A stretch of 41,221 nucleotides of DNA from a virus. A model generated the notes under the pieces. That model saw nothing but the letters and a program-made list of their open reading frames with translations. It made no database searches and had not been told where the DNA came from. The DNA lies in IMG/VR virus record IMGVR_UViG_3300031228_000002, positions 1 through 41,221 of that record; one strand, 5' to 3'. Shown here piece after piece: positions 32,287 through 38,961 of the stretch. Made by a program: the position numbers and the translations under genes. Every line of letters starts with the position of its first letter. The stretch's first letter is position 1.

Positions 32287-33242
32287 CAGCGGGCCTGCCG
32301 TGCTTCTCGGAGGTACCGCTTCGCGGTGGCGGGGCTGACGCTCAGGGTTTCGGCGACCTGGCTGGAGGTGAGCCCGGGGTCCTGAGCCAGGAGCTCAGCG
32401 ACCTGAGCCACGGCCTTGGCGCGCTGAGCCGACTGGGCGTTGAGGTGCGCGGAGAACCCGAACGCCTGGGCCTGTGGCTCGTCGTGTTGGGCCGGGGGGT
32501 CAGATGCTGCGACCTGCGATGACGTGATCAACAGGGGGGCGGTGTGAGCCTGGGGCGCAGCCGGTTGGGCGTGGGGCTCAGCCATGGTCTGAGCCGCGGG
32601 CTCATCGGGTTGAGCCTGCGGGGCCGGCGCGGCGGTGAGGGCGATCGGGGTGCGGCGGTTGATCGTGGCGCGCTTCTCCATCCGCTCGAGGGCGACCTCG
32701 AAGTCGGCGTCGTCGCGGGCGAGCGTGATGCGGGACTCGGCGCGGATGCGGGCGATCTCGGCGTCGGCGGCGCGGTCGAGTTGCTCCAGCTGGGCGTGAT
32801 GGAGGCGGGCGGTGTACTCGGAGTCGCGCATCACGTCGTGGATCTCGGCGAGCTGCTGCTCGGTGAGGGCGGCCGGGTCGCGCAGTGAGGCGAGGGCGAA
32901 CGTGGCGACGGCCTTGCCGACGAGGACGACGAACGGCCCGGCGACAGCTTGCGCCCTGCTCGTCTCGTCGATGCCGTGGAGGACGAGGAGGAACCCGACG
33001 CCGCAGGCGATCAGCCATCCGACAGCCGGGGCGACCCACGTCCTCCCGCAGATGGTGATGCGCCGGTACTCGGCCCACATGACGGTGATCCAGCCGATGT
33101 CACCGGCGACGGCGACGGAGAGGCCGAAGGGGCCGGAGTTCATGAGGTCGGTGATGGCGTAGCCGGACCAGATGAGGGAGAGGCCGGCGAGCACGTAGGC
33201 GCCGTAGAGGATCGGCGGCTGGCGGAAGTTCGGGGTCTTCAC
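32286..33242 (-). CDS. Membrane protein (4 TM, DUF2637-like) with coiled coil and C-terminal HTH (318 aa)
   Basis: GTG follows GGAGGGAG. N-terminal TM helices. C-terminus TSSQVAETLSVSPATAKRYLREARQ is HTH-like. Confidence 0.65.
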   Translation of the reverse strand: MKTPNFRQPPILYGAYVLAGLSLIWSGYAITDLMNSGPFGLSVAVAGDIGWITVMWAEYRRITICGRTWVAPAVGWLIACGVGFLLVLHGIDETSRAQAVAGPFVVLVGKAVATFALASLRDPAALTEQQLAEIHDVMRDSEYTARLHHAQLEQLDRAADAEIARIRAESRITLARDDADFEVALERMEKRATINRRTPIALTAAPAPQAQPDEPAAQTMAEPHAQPAAPQAHTAPLLITSSQVAASDPPAQHDEPQAQAFGFSAHLNAQSAQRAKAVAQVAELLAQDPGLTSSQVAETLSVSPATAKRYLREARQAR

Positions 33243-33269
33243 GGTGCTCCCTCCGGAGCGGGGGATGGG

Positions 33270-33307
33270 GCCGCGCCCGAGCGGCGGTGGGGTTGCTCGG
33301 GCGCGGC
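33270..33307 (-). terminator. Intra-operon hairpin
   Basis: Perfect 13-bp stem gccgcgcccgagc / gctcgggcgcggc with a 12-nt loop, in a 75-nt gap. Confidence 0.5.
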
Positions 33308-33317
33308 GGTCGGGGTG

Positions 33318-33479
33318 TCAGCGGCGGTGCGCGTCCTGTTTGGCGAGCTGGGCGCGGACGTCGGTGGCGGCCTCGTAGTCGCCGGCGCAGTCGGCCGGTG
33401 TGGCCGGGGCGTCGACGATGGGGTTCGGCCGGGGGGTGCGGTCCGGGGCGGGCGCGGGCTCGTACGTGGGGGTGTCCAT
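33318..33479 (-). CDS. Small hypothetical protein (53 aa)
   Basis: ATG 33479 shares 1 nt with the upstream stop. Sequence MDTPTYEPAPAPDRTPRPNPIVDAPATPADCAGDYEAATDVRAQLAKQDAHRR. Confidence 0.45.
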   Translation of the reverse strand: MDTPTYEPAPAPDRTPRPNPIVDAPATPADCAGDYEAATDVRAQLAKQDAHRR

Positions 33480-33790
33480 CACACGCCTCCCGCCGCTGCG
33501 CGCAGCTGGAGGGCGACCTCGCCCGCGGTGTCCCGCGGGCGGAGTTCGGGGAGCACGGCCACGGCGCGCTGCGCCGCCTGCTCGGCGACGATCTCGGGGA
33601 GGCCGGCGCACACCTGCTCGTACCCGGCGTCGAGCGCTTCGGTGAGCACGGGCGGGGTGCAGGTCTGGAACGGCTGCTCGGTCTCGAGGTGGTGGGCGGC
33701 GGCGAGGAGGAGGCGGTGCGCCCATGTGGGCTCGGACAGGATGCGCGCGAGTAATGCGTCGAGCGGGTGGGGCTCTGTACGGTTGCTCAT
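33479..33790 (-). CDS. Hypothetical protein, first gene of the second minus-strand operon (103 aa)
   Basis: ATG 33790 lies 6 nt after AGGAGGA. The 187-aa track start was rejected. Confidence 0.6.
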   Translation of the reverse strand: MSNRTEPHPLDALLARILSEPTWAHRLLLAAAHHLETEQPFQTCTPPVLTEALDAGYEQVCAGLPEIVAEQAAQRAVAVLPELRPRDTAGEVALQLRAAAGGV

Positions 33791-33929
33791 GGTCATTCCT
33801 CCTGGTGATGCAGGTGGATGGCTGGCCCCGACCGGAGGTGCGAACTCTGGCCGGGGCCGTTCTGTTGACGCACTGCAAGACTGGCAGAACTTCTGGACAA
33901 ACGTCAAGAAGTTCGGGGAGGATGTGGCC
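33791..33929. promoter_or_regulatory. Divergent intergenic control region
   Basis: TTGACG hexamers on both strands (33865-33870 plus; 33907-33902 minus). Inverted repeat gaacttct (33887-33894) / agaagttc (33907-33914). Lower GC. Confidence 0.45.
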
Positions 33930-34355
33930 GTGCCCAAGAACCCTGAACACGAGGGGAGCCCCCGCTTGTTGACCATCAGCCAGATCGCGGAGGAGCACGG
34001 GGTCAGCCGCACGTCCGTACACACGTACCGACGCGGCGGCACCTTCCCTCAGCCAGTGCAGGTGGAAGGCACCACGAAGCTCCGGTACCGCGCTGACGAG
34101 GTGGCCGCATGGTTCGCGGCGAACCCGAAGCAGCAGGGGAAGCGGACAGACCTCACCCCTACCGACCAGCAAGGAGGGCCAGCAGTGGCCGAACAGACCG
34201 TGGCGCAGCCGTTGAGTGCTGACGCCCGCGCGATCCTGGGGATCGTCTGGAAGTGGATCGAGAGCGCCAACGACGGCTACGGGTCGGACGTGGGCGACTT
34301 GCAAGGCGACTTGGAGCGAGCGGGGTACGGGCCACCGGCGTCAGACGAGGAGTAG
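33930..34355 (+). CDS. HTH_17/excisionase-like DNA-binding protein with acidic C-terminal domain (141 aa)
   Basis: GTG 33930 lies 7 nt after GGGGAGGA. LLTISQIAEEHGVSRTSVHTYRRGGTFPQPV ... RYRADEVAAWF. It is the only plus-strand gene in the early region. Confidence 0.65.
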   Translation: MPKNPEHEGSPRLLTISQIAEEHGVSRTSVHTYRRGGTFPQPVQVEGTTKLRYRADEVAAWFAANPKQQGKRTDLTPTDQQGGPAVAEQTVAQPLSADARAILGIVWKWIESANDGYGSDVGDLQGDLERAGYGPPASDEE

Positions 34356-34370
34356 TGCCCGTGCAGCAGC

Positions 34371-34399
34371 AAGCCCCCGGCCGTGGTGGTCGGGGGCTT
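34371..34399. terminator. Bidirectional terminator between convergent genes
   Basis: 9-bp stem aagcccccg / cgggggctt with an 11-nt loop, between the stops at 34355 and 34414. Confidence 0.5.
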
Positions 34400-34413
34400 C
34401 GTCGTGCCTGGGG

Positions 34414-34665
34414 TCAGCGGGCGTCGGGCTGCTCCTCGGTGGCCGGCTCGTCGTCCCACACGATCTCGGTGGCGCCGCCGTGTCCGTGGACGGCTTCGGC
34501 GTCGGCCATGGAGTCCCAGAACACGATCGACGGGCGCGGCCCGAGCCATCGGACGGAGGCGGTGCCGTCGGGCCAGCGGACGCCGACGGCCACGGTGCCG
34601 GTACCGGAGACGCCGGACACGTCGTGGTGGCGCTGAAGGTGGAAGCGGCGCGGCAGCGCGGTCAT
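34414..34665 (-). CDS. Hypothetical protein (83 aa)
   Basis: ATG 34665 shares 1 nt with the upstream stop. Last gene of the first early operon. Confidence 0.6.
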   Translation of the reverse strand: MTALPRRFHLQRHHDVSGVSGTGTVAVGVRWPDGTASVRWLGPRPSIVFWDSMADAEAVHGHGGATEIVWDDEPATEEQPDAR

Positions 34666-34931
34666 CAGTTGCCCTCCATGGAGCCGGTGCACTTGCGGTG
34701 AGCGAGGTAGCGGCTGTACGGCTCCTCGCACTTGAAGCAGCCGGGGCCTTCGAGTGTGAGGAGGTTCTCGTGGTCGAGGAGGGCCGGGCCAGCGGGCTCG
34801 CCTGCGTTGAGGCGGCGAATCATGTCGTCACCCACGCGGTGCATGGTGAGGATGGTCCAGAGGTGTTCGCCGGGCCCAGGGTCCGCCAGCTCGGCGTGGA
34901 CCTTGGTTGCGGGTACGGGGACTTGGGTCAT
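34665..34931 (-). CDS. Hypothetical protein (88 aa)
   Basis: ATG 34931 follows AGGAGACCGAG. Contains CFKCEEPYSRYLAHRKC. Confidence 0.6.
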   Translation of the reverse strand: MTQVPVPATKVHAELADPGPGEHLWTILTMHRVGDDMIRRLNAGEPAGPALLDHENLLTLEGPGCFKCEEPYSRYLAHRKCTGSMEGN

Positions 34932-35439
34932 CTCGGTCTCCTGTTTCGGGGTCATCGGCGGCCGCGGTTTCGGTTGAGGGCGCGGCGGGTGGCGCGGTTC
35001 GGGCGGGGTGTCGGGGTGTCGTCGTCGGGGGTGACGGTTTCGACGACGACGAGGCGGGTGTCCCATGTGGTGCCGGGGCGCGGGGGGTGCCGGTCTCCAC
35101 GGCGTCCCACCGGTCCCAGTCGTTCTCGGATACGCGGGCCACGCACCCGCCGCCGGGCCAGAGCGTGCCGCCCCTGGGCCAGTCGGCGAACTGGTCAAGC
35201 ACTTCGCGGAGGGTGGCGGCCAGCTCGTCGCGGCGCTCCTCGAGGGCGCGGTACTGCTCGGCCAGCAAGTCGACAGCCCGCTCGGCCTTCGCGGCACGGG
35301 CGGTGGCCGACGCGAACGCGGCGTCGGCGTTGCGCAGTTGGCGGGCGAGCTCGGTCTCCTCGGCGGCAGCCAGCTGCTCATACAGGGCGTCGAGGGCGTC
35401 GTCGGTGATGGTGTTGGCGGTGTGGCGCTGTGCGGTCAC
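34828..35439 (-). CDS. Coiled-coil early protein; literal ORF 203 aa, but the coding signal switches frame near 35082-35087 (true end probably 34952)
   Basis: GTG 35439 is in a GTGA overlap. The N-terminal ~125 codons have high GC3. After that, high GC3 moves to the -1 frame, which ends at 34952. Confidence 0.5.
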   Translation of the reverse strand: MTAQRHTANTITDDALDALYEQLAAAEETELARQLRNADAAFASATARAAKAERAVDLLAEQYRALEERRDELAATLREVLDQFADWPRGGTLWPGGGCVARVSENDWDRWDAVETGTPRAPAPHGTPASSSSKPSPPTTTPRHPARTAPPAAPSTETAAADDPETGDRDDPSPRTRNQGPRRAGGPWARRTPLDHPHHAPRG

Positions 35440-35702
35440 AGGTAGGTCCCCTTCACGGTGATGGTGTCGACGGGTTTGGCGGGGGTCAGGTTGTGGAGGT
35501 CGCGGAACGCCTGCTCGTCCTCACGGATGCGGGCGGTCAGGATGGCGGCGGCGTCCTGCGCGGCTGTGGCGGCATGGACGGAGTGCGGCCGGGCCGCCTG
35601 CTCGGCACGAACAGCGCGGCGGCGGGGCGGGTACAGGAAGTGCCCGAGCGGCAGGCTGGCTATGACCGCGATCAGGGCGACGAACGCGACGACGGCGGTC
35701 AT
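35436..35702 (-). CDS. N-terminally anchored small membrane protein (88 aa)
   Basis: ATGA overlap. Hydrophobic N-terminus MTAVVAFVALIAVIASLPLG. Confidence 0.6.
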   Translation of the reverse strand: MTAVVAFVALIAVIASLPLGHFLYPPRRRAVRAEQAARPHSVHAATAAQDAAAILTARIREDEQAFRDLHNLTPAKPVDTITVKGTYL

Positions 35703-36127
35703 GAGGCGAGGGCCATCGGCTCGGATGCCCCGTCGCGGGCTTCACGGCGCTGCTGGCGCGCTGCCCGGCGTTCGGCGGACGCCTGGGCCTTCGCGTCCGT
35801 GCACGGCCCGCACGGGGTCTCGCGGTATTTCAGGTGCTCGCGGTATGCCGGGTCGCTGCCGCACGGCTGGCGGATGCGGCCCTCGTGGTCGAGCCACCAG
35901 CCGCGGCCGCGGTGGAGTTGGAGCCGTTCGGTGGCGGTGAGCCCACCCCACGTGCCCCACTGCTCATGCTCGTCGATGGCCCAGGTCTGGCAGGCGGCGA
36001 GGAGCGGGCAGGCGTGGCAGAGTGCCTTGGCGGCCTGTTCGTCGTCGTGCTCGCGGGACCAGAAGAGAGCGGCGGTGTCGGGGGTGCAGGAGGGGCGGCC
36101 GGTGGTGAGGAAGTCGGGCAGGTGCAT
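35699..36127 (-). CDS. whiB: WhiB-like protein fused to a CGS-x3-Y-x2-H...C-x2-C module (142 aa)
   Basis: ATG 36127 follows GAGAGGA. C-x(n)-CHACPLLAAC ... GTWGGLTATER is a WhiB pattern. The 246-aa track start was rejected. Confidence 0.7.
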   Translation of the reverse strand: MHLPDFLTTGRPSCTPDTAALFWSREHDDEQAAKALCHACPLLAACQTWAIDEHEQWGTWGGLTATERLQLHRGRGWWLDHEGRIRQPCGSDPAYREHLKYRETPCGPCTDAKAQASAERRAARQQRREARDGASEPMALAS

Positions 36128-36177
36128 GGCCGGTCCTCTCGGGAGGGGTGGCGGGTGGGTGTGGTGTGCTTGGGCTG

Positions 36178-36208
36178 GGGACGGCCGCGGGTCCAGCGCG
36201 GCCGTCCC
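36178..36208 (-). terminator. Intra-operon hairpin
   Basis: Perfect 12-bp stem gggacggccgcg / cgcggccgtccc with a 7-nt loop, after the stop at 36217. Confidence 0.5.
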
Positions 36209-36216
36209 GTCGGCGC

Positions 36217-36612
36217 TCACGAGGCGGGGGTGTCGGCGGGCTTGGCGTTTGCGAGCTTCAGCAGGACGGCGGCGTGACAGTGGTCGGGCTCGCCCGGCTG
36301 GGGAAGCGGGCAGGTACAGGCGAGGTCCTTGCCGCGCAGAGCGTGGAGTTCGGCCAGGACGCGGCGCCGGTCGAGGACCTGGCGCCCGACACGGTAGGTC
36401 TCCTCGAACCAGCCGCCTTCGGTGCCGACGCGAAGCCACTCGGCGTAGCTGTCGGCGCAGGCGCGGTGCGGCTCACTCCACTCCGCCTCGATGGCCTGCT
36501 GAATGGTGAACGGGTTCCCGAACCGGCTGGGCCGACTGACGATCACGCAGTTCTCGGGCTTGCGCCAGCCCTTGGTGCGCTTGCGCTGGATACGGACGGG
36601 CTTGTCGGTCAT
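36217..36612 (-). CDS. DUF4326-like protein (131 aa)
   Basis: ATG 36612. RIQRKRTKGWRKPENCVIVSRPSRFGNPF ... RGKDLACTCPL ... CHAAVLL pattern. Confidence 0.7.
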   Translation of the reverse strand: MTDKPVRIQRKRTKGWRKPENCVIVSRPSRFGNPFTIQQAIEAEWSEPHRACADSYAEWLRVGTEGGWFEETYRVGRQVLDRRRVLAELHALRGKDLACTCPLPQPGEPDHCHAAVLLKLANAKPADTPAS

Positions 36613-36619
36613 CGGGTTC

Positions 36620-36648
36620 TTCTCCTTCGGTGGGTGGGTGCCGGTCAG
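36620..36648 (-). repeat. Gene-junction repeat, copy A
   Basis: ttctccttcggtgggtgggtgccggtcag. It contains the TGA of the upstream gene and the SD of the downstream gene. Confidence 0.9.
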
Positions 36649-37100
36649 TCGCGGCCGGTGAACTGGCGCATGGACTCGACGGCCATCTCGTAGAGGCTTC
36701 GCACGCCGATGAGGAGCGCGTCCGCGTCCCGCTCGGTGCGGACGTTGGCGATGGCGTCGAAGAGGGCGTAGGCCGTATCCCGCTGGCCGTTCATCCAAGC
36801 GGTGGAGAACTGGGCGGCGAACCGAGGTCCGGCAGGCACCTCGTTGGCGTCCGCGGGCAGTCCGGCCCGGAGGGCGATGAGCCCGAAGCCGTCGGCGGTC
36901 GGCGCCTGGCGCCTCGCGTTCATGGCGATGCTCTCGGCGAGGGCGGCACAGAGCGCTGCGGTGGGTGTGAGTCCTCGCAGGATCATCGGCTTGAGCATGT
37001 TGAGGCCGGTCTGGGGGTTGCCGGTCATGCCGTGCGCGAGGGCCGCCATGATCGTCTCGGAGTCGTCGGGGAGCGGTTCGGTCGGGATCGGATTCGTCAT
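36645..37100 (-). CDS. Hypothetical protein (151 aa)
   Basis: ATG 37100 follows the GAAGGAGAA of junction repeat B. Its stop lies inside repeat A. Confidence 0.65.
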   Translation of the reverse strand: MTNPIPTEPLPDDSETIMAALAHGMTGNPQTGLNMLKPMILRGLTPTAALCAALAESIAMNARRQAPTADGFGLIALRAGLPADANEVPAGPRFAAQFSTAWMNGQRDTAYALFDAIANVRTERDADALLIGVRSLYEMAVESMRQFTGRD

Positions 37101-37103
37101 GAC

Positions 37104-37140
37104 TTCTCCTTCGGTGGGTGGGTGCCGGTCAGGCGGCGGG
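37104..37140 (-). repeat. Gene-junction repeat, copy B
   Basis: ttctccttcggtgggtgggtgccggtcaggcggcggg, identical over 37 nt to copy C. Confidence 0.9.
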
Positions 37141-37446
37141 AGGCTTGGGCTGCATGTCGAGCAGGGCGCGGATGACGGCGCGGACCGCGGAGGCAGACTG
37201 CCGGGACGGGAAGCGGGCCACGTGGGCTGCGAGGACCTTCCATGCGTCTCGCTCGTCACGGCGGGCCAGCCAGCCGACGAGGCAGCGTTCGTGGACGAGG
37301 CCGTCGAGGGTCTTGGCCATCCGGCCGTCGTATTCGGTGTGGCAGTGAGGGCAGTCGGGGAGCCCGTAGGGGGCGCCGTGCTCGTCGCGTCCGCCGTCGT
37401 CGGACGGGTCGATGGTGATCTCAGGTAGGTCGAGGGTGATGCGCAT
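37129..37446 (-). CDS. Hypothetical protein with CPHC motif (105 aa)
   Basis: ATG 37446 follows the GAAGGAGAA of repeat C. Its stop lies inside repeat B. The 308-aa track start was rejected. Confidence 0.65.
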   Translation of the reverse strand: MRITLDLPEITIDPSDDGGRDEHGAPYGLPDCPHCHTEYDGRMAKTLDGLVHERCLVGWLARRDERDAWKVLAAHVARFPSRQSASAVRAVIRALLDMQPKPPAA

Positions 37447-37449
37447 CGT

Positions 37450-37486
37450 TTCTCCTTCGGTGGGTGGGTGCCGGTCAGGCGGCGGG
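37450..37486 (-). repeat. Gene-junction repeat, copy C
   Basis: Same 37-mer as copy B. Here it is entirely non-coding, because the upstream gene stops at 37499 with TAA. Confidence 0.9.
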
Positions 37487-37498
37487 GGTGGTGGGTGG

Positions 37499-38077
37499 TT
37501 ACGCGGCAGGAACAGCAGCAGGGGCGGGCACGGTCGACCCGGTCGTGCGGAGCCGGCGGTCGGCGTCCGTGTTGGCGTACCGGCAGGCGTCGCACGCCTT
37601 CTCGCCGTTGCGCCGGTGCTTCTGGTAGCCGGGGCGGGTGCCGCATGCGACGGGTCGCCCCTTGGCCTTCGCCCGGGAGGCTGCTTTGACCTTCCGAATC
37701 CTCGCGTTGTGCGCGGCCCGACACGCGTCGTCGACCGGTTCACCCCAGCGGATGTGCCGCTCGTAGGCGCCGGCCGTGCCGCATGGGGAGAGCGGCTTCC
37801 CGCCGGTGCGGCGCCGCGCCTGCTGGGGCACCGGGCCGCGACGCTTCTTCGCCAAGGCGGCCCGCTGCTTCGGCGACAGGCCGCCACGGATACCGGCACG
37901 GCTCTCAGCGCGTTCGTTCTTCTCCTCGGTAAGCGCTGCCTCGAGGCATGCTCCGCGTACCGGGCAAGCGGCACAGAACTTGCGCGCCTCGCGCAACTCG
38001 TCGCCCGTCTCGGCGAGGAACAGATCGGGGTCGGCCGTGGCGCACGCGGCGCCACGCTGCCAGTCGCTGCGGGACAT
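37499..38077 (-). CDS. whiB: WhiB-like protein fused to two CGT-x3-Y-x2-H-x3-GE-x2-C-x2-C modules (192 aa)
   Basis: WQRGAACATADPDLFLAETGDELREARKFCAACPVRGACLEAAL is a WhiB pattern. C-terminal modules CGTAGAYERHIRWGEPVDDACRAA and CGTRPGYQKHRRNGEKACDACRYA. Confidence 0.8.
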   Translation of the reverse strand: MSRSDWQRGAACATADPDLFLAETGDELREARKFCAACPVRGACLEAALTEEKNERAESRAGIRGGLSPKQRAALAKKRRGPVPQQARRRTGGKPLSPCGTAGAYERHIRWGEPVDDACRAAHNARIRKVKAASRAKAKGRPVACGTRPGYQKHRRNGEKACDACRYANTDADRRLRTTGSTVPAPAAVPAA

Positions 38078-38093
38078 CAGGTCTCCTTCGGGG

Positions 38094-38873
38094 TCAGGCG
38101 GCGCAGTGGGTGTGGGTGGTGCGGCCGGGGCGGGGGACCATGCGTTCGTGGCAGCGGGCGCAGCGGATGAAGTCGGCGGGCTGCTGCTCGTGGTGGTCTT
38201 GTTCTTGGGGGGAGTCGATCTTTTGGGCTTCGGGAGCGCCCACTACCTGAGGTTTGAAGATCACCCCGGCCCCGTCATGGGAAAGCTCTTGGGTAATACC
38301 TGGGTTGTTCGGGTCGCGGGGGCCCGAACCATTCGGGTCGCGGGGGCCCGAACCCATACGGGTCGCGGGGGCCCGAACTTCTTCCGGCGCCGGGTCCTCA
38401 AGTTCGGGTCGCGGTCCCCCGAACTGGTTCGGGTCGCGGTCCCCCGAACTTTCGGTGGGCTCCTGCCACGGCGCGGGGCTCTTCCCGGACGGCCGGCGGC
38501 TGCTCTTCAGCGACGACTCGGCGGCTCCCCAGTCGGGCGACGGGTCGACCATGAGGACGTACAGGGTGGGCTTCCCGCGCCGCTGCTCGCCCTTCACGAG
38601 GATCACTCCGGCGGCGATGGCGGCGTTGATGTAGCGGCGGGCGTCCTTCTCGCTGGCGCCCGATGCCTTCGCGATGTCCTGGATCCGGATCGGCTTGTCC
38701 GGGAAGCGGAGTTCACCGTTGGCGTTGGCCATGGCGCGCACGGCGTAGAGCAGGGTGAGGAAGCCGCGCCGCAGGGCGGTGGGCATCTCTCGTGACCAGC
38801 GCCATGCGAGGGCGTTCCCGTACGCGTTGGGGACGCTCCCGGCGGCGCGGGTGGCCTGCTCGTCTGTGCTCAA
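38094..38873 (-). CDS. Winged-helix replication-initiator-like protein with internal repeats (259 aa)
   Basis: TTG 38873 follows ACGGAGA; the alternative start is ATG 38786. N-terminal wHTH-like LLYAVRAMANANGELRFPDKPIRIQDIAKASGASEKDARRYINAAIAAGVILV. C-terminal CxxC...HC. Confidence 0.6.
   Translation of the reverse strand: MSTDEQATRAAGSVPNAYGNALAWRWSREMPTALRRGFLTLLYAVRAMANANGELRFPDKPIRIQDIAKASGASEKDARRYINAAIAAGVILVKGEQRRGKPTLYVLMVDPSPDWGAAESSLKSSRRPSGKSPAPWQEPTESSGDRDPNQFGGPRPELEDPAPEEVRAPATRMGSGPRDPNGSGPRDPNNPGITQELSHDGAGVIFKPQVVGAPEAQKIDSPQEQDHHEQQPADFIRCARCHERMVPRPGRTTHTHCAA
38307..38449. repeat. Five 23-bp iteron-like repeats (candidate origin of replication) inside the initiator-like gene
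   Basis: (g/a)t(t/a)cgggtcgcgg(ggg/tcc)cccgaac at 38307, 38331, 38356, 38402 and 38427. Each has inverted ends GTTCGGG...CCCGAAC. Confidence 0.6.
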
Positions 38874-38961
38874 GGCGGGTCTCCGTCGTCGGCGTGGTGC
38901 GGGGGTCGTCGTCCGGGGCGGGGCTCGGGGCCGGCCGCCCCGGACGGTCCTGCGGGGAGGG

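Noticed and set aside
32949-34355. 468-aa plus-strand ORF
   Set aside because: Only the last 141 codons (from GTG 33930, with a good RBS) look coding. The remainder is antisense to minus-strand genes and is low-complexity.
38307-38449. CRISPR-like array
   Set aside because: The repeats are 23 bp with only 1-23 bp between them, they lie inside a CDS, and there are no cas genes. They are better explained as iterons and a repetitive protein linker.
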